A DNA stretch of 63,315 bases, counting the filler, from Malassezia furfur (taxonomy: Eukaryota), in NCBI GenBank assembly GCA_052055015.1. It is 53 parts of 53 records of this genome, joined end to end, with 100 filler letters (N's around TTAATTAATTAA, not from the genome) between each part and the next. Parts side by side here need not be neighbours in the genome. Positions count along the whole stretch, not along the records: positions 61,138 to 62,178 come from JBQJIT010001322.1; positions 62,279 to 63,315 come from JBQJIT010001323.1; 51 more parts are not named here. One strand, given 5' to 3'. The notes under the pieces are model-generated. The model saw only the letters and a list, made by a program, of their open reading frames with translations, ran no database searches and was not told the origin of the DNA. Numbering within the stretch: the stretch's first letter is position 1; each line of letters starts with the position of its first letter. Shown in pieces: positions 61,138-63,315 of the stretch. The translations under genes and the position numbers were made by a program.

Positions 61138-62149
61138 GGCGCACGCTTGCGGTGCGCCGCAGCGCTGCGCCGGACGCGCTCGGCGCCGTCCCGGGCAGCA
61201 CGGGCGTGGGCGCAGGCGCAGGTACGGGGGCTTCGGTGTCGTGCGTGGCCTCCTGCGGCGGCGGCGCCTGCCGCCGGCGCTTTTCGGCCTCGTACTGCTG
61301 CTGCGCGGCCTCGAGCGCCTCGCGCTCGCGCTGTGCGCGTGCCGCGGCATGCGCGGCCGCCGCGTCGAGTTCGGTGAGCAGCGCGGCCTTGGCGTCGTCC
61401 GGCAGGCGGCTGTAGCCGACGACGTCGCGGGCGTACGTCCAGTCGTGGAGGTGCAGGCCGAGCACCTGGATCGTGTAGAGCCGTAGGACGCGTGCATACG
61501 TTGCCTGTGCCTCCGGCGCCGCGGGCGCGTCGGCGAGCGATGCGCCGAGGTACGCCTCGCACGTCTGCCGCGCACAGCCGCGCGCCGCTGGGCCGTCGGG
61601 TGCCTGGGCATAGGCGGCGCCACTGCGCGCAAACGTGTCGAGACGCAGCGCGCCGAGGATCGCCGAGGTGAGCAGTGCGCCGGGAACGCGCAGCACCAGT
61701 GCGGTGACCGCGTCCGGCGCCTCGAGCGACGGCGGGTGCGGCGCGGGCGGCGCGCCGAAGAGCGCCTCGAGCGACTCCCACCACAGCTGCGTGTACAGGC
61801 CGGCGGCGGGCGCCGCGAGCAGCGCGCGCACGGCGTGCGCCTCCTGTGCGCCGTCGTCGGCGAGCGCGGTGAGGACGCGCGTGCGCACCGCCGCGTTGGT
61901 GTACACGGTGACGCACGCCGTGTAGCGCAGCACGCCGAGGCGCTCCAGGAGGCGCGCGTCCAGTGGCGTGCCGTGGCGCGCCGCCTCGAGCGCGCGCGCG
62001 ATGCCGCACTGGATGTGCACGAGACTCGCGGCGTACTCCTTCTGAAGAAAGGCGCGCGTCGCGACGCCGCAGTGCTCCGTCACCGCCGCGGCTGCGTCCG
62101 ACGCCATGGCGTCCGGTGGAGGCGGCTTCGTGCGGCCTCCACCGGGCAT
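61138..62149 (-). CDS. Peroxin Pex26-like, N-terminal part (start 62149 or 62107)
   Basis: ATRAFLQKEY..YARVLRLYTIQVLG..DWTYARDVV. Confidence 0.65.
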
Positions 62150-62278
62150 GGACGACGGCGCGGGCGCGGGCGCGAGCGNNNNNNNNNNNNNNNNNNNNNN
62201 NNNNNNNNNNNNNNNNNNNNNNTTAATTAATTAANNNNNNNNNNNNNNNNNNNNNNNNNNNNNNNNNNNNNNNNNNNN

Positions 62279-63095
62279 AGATACCCCCGCGCCGCCCCCC
62301 ATCCGGCACCGCGTCCAGGCCACCACGTACCTCGCCAACACGCTCCTCGAGGGCCTCTTGCATCTCGGTTCGCACCAGACCCTCTTCCAGGTCTGGCGCG
62401 CGCTCGGACCTGCGCTGCACGTACGCCCCGACGTCGTGTCGCTCGACCTCGTGCTGCGTGCGGCGCGGCGCGAAGTCGATGCGGCACTCGCGCGCGGCAC
62501 GACGCACGATGCGCCGCCGCCCGCCGACACGGACGCGGGCGCGGCGCCCGGCCTGCTCCCCGCGTACGCGGCGTGTGCGTTTGTGCAGCGCACGCTGCAG
62601 ACGCAGCACCCCGAGCTTGCGACGTGCCGCAGCGCGCTCGACGCGGCGTCGCACAGCTGGCTCGTGCGCGGCGAGCAGCGGCTGCGGCGCTGGGAGCGGT
62701 GGCTCGCGGCGCGTGTCGCGGCGCTCTTTGCGCGCGCGCCCAAGGAGGCCGAGGTGCGCGTGCCGCGCGCCGGTGCGCCGCTCACGCTCGATGCGCGTGT
62801 GCTGCACCGCTACGCGGAGCTGCTCGCCGCGCTGCTGGACGCGGGCGGCGGGCGCGCCCTGGCCGAGGAGCTGTTCCGCATCCCCGCGTACCTCGAGCGG
62901 CTCGACCTGGCGCCCGAGCGCGACACGCTGTGCCTGCTGTACTGTGTGCAGGACACGCAGCTGCCGCCCGGCGTCGCGCTCTCGCGCACCCAGACGCCGC
63001 TGCACGCGATGCTCGCCGCGTGGCTCGGCGCCGAGGCGCTGCCGGGCGACGACGAGATCGGCGCCTACTTTCGTGCACAGCATCGCTTCCGGTAG
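62279..63095 (+). CDS. PPR-like protein, C-terminus
   Basis: LANTLLEGL..VRPDVVSLDLVLRAA. Confidence 0.55.
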
Positions 63096-63096
63096 A

Positions 63097-63315
63097 CTAC
63101 GGATGTAGGCGCACGCACGTCTCGACGGTCGCGAGGTGCGCGCGCACGGCGCCCGGCGCGTGCGCGAGCTGCGGCGCGTCGTGCACCTTGGTGTGCACCG
63201 CGTGCACTGGCTGCGTCTCGCGCGCGACCTGCATGCGGTACGTGTGGGGCTCAAACACGCCGACCGGCGGCTCGGCGGCGCGGCGCGCGCGCAGCTGCTG
63301 TGCGCGTGCGGCCGC
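63097..63315 (-). CDS. C-terminus of an Rsc7/Swp82-like protein
   Basis: GVFEPHT..TQP motif, TAG at 63097-63099. Confidence 0.5.
   Translation of the reverse strand, partial: AAARAQQLRARRAAEPPVGVFEPHTYRMQVARETQPVHAVHTKVHDAPQLAHAPGAVRAHLATVETCVRLHP

Overview
This window is not a contiguous locus. It is a pseudo-scaffold of 53 short contigs, ordered by decreasing length (1158 down to 1037 bp). They are joined by an identical 100-nt linker (N44-TTAATTAATTAA-N44) that puts stops in all six frames, so adjacency across linkers means nothing. The DNA is very GC-rich, extremely gene-dense eukaryotic nuclear sequence with spliceosomal introns. Gene content and style point to a basidiomycete yeast, most likely Malassezia (inference). 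Almost every contig is a fragment of a housekeeping gene (e.g. Swi1-like, Cul4, APC1, HOS3, Nup192, CTR9, SNF5, KRE6, HapX, COX11, SRP68, TAF2, CWH43, UTP10, CHS4, eIF1A, CDC14, CBP80, IPI1, PEX26). Family calls come from recalled motifs, not database searches. I found no rRNA, tRNA, CRISPR array or intact mobile element, and no clearly new multi-gene system. The most notable signals are: (1) 19 predicted introns, 17 of them only 21-34 nt, including one GC-AG intron and five in-frame stopless ones; (2) two pairs of diverged duplicate genes that look like homeologs of a hybrid genome; (3) a catalytically degenerate RNase H-fold protein with a large S/T/P insertion; (4) a lower-GC contig with a divergent amino-acid permease/cytochrome P450 pair sharing a GATA-rich promoter; (5) extreme compaction (35-89 bp divergent spacers, abutting or overlapping convergent stops) with recurring promoter motifs; (6) several fold-back or chimeric contig ends that are probably library or assembly artifacts.
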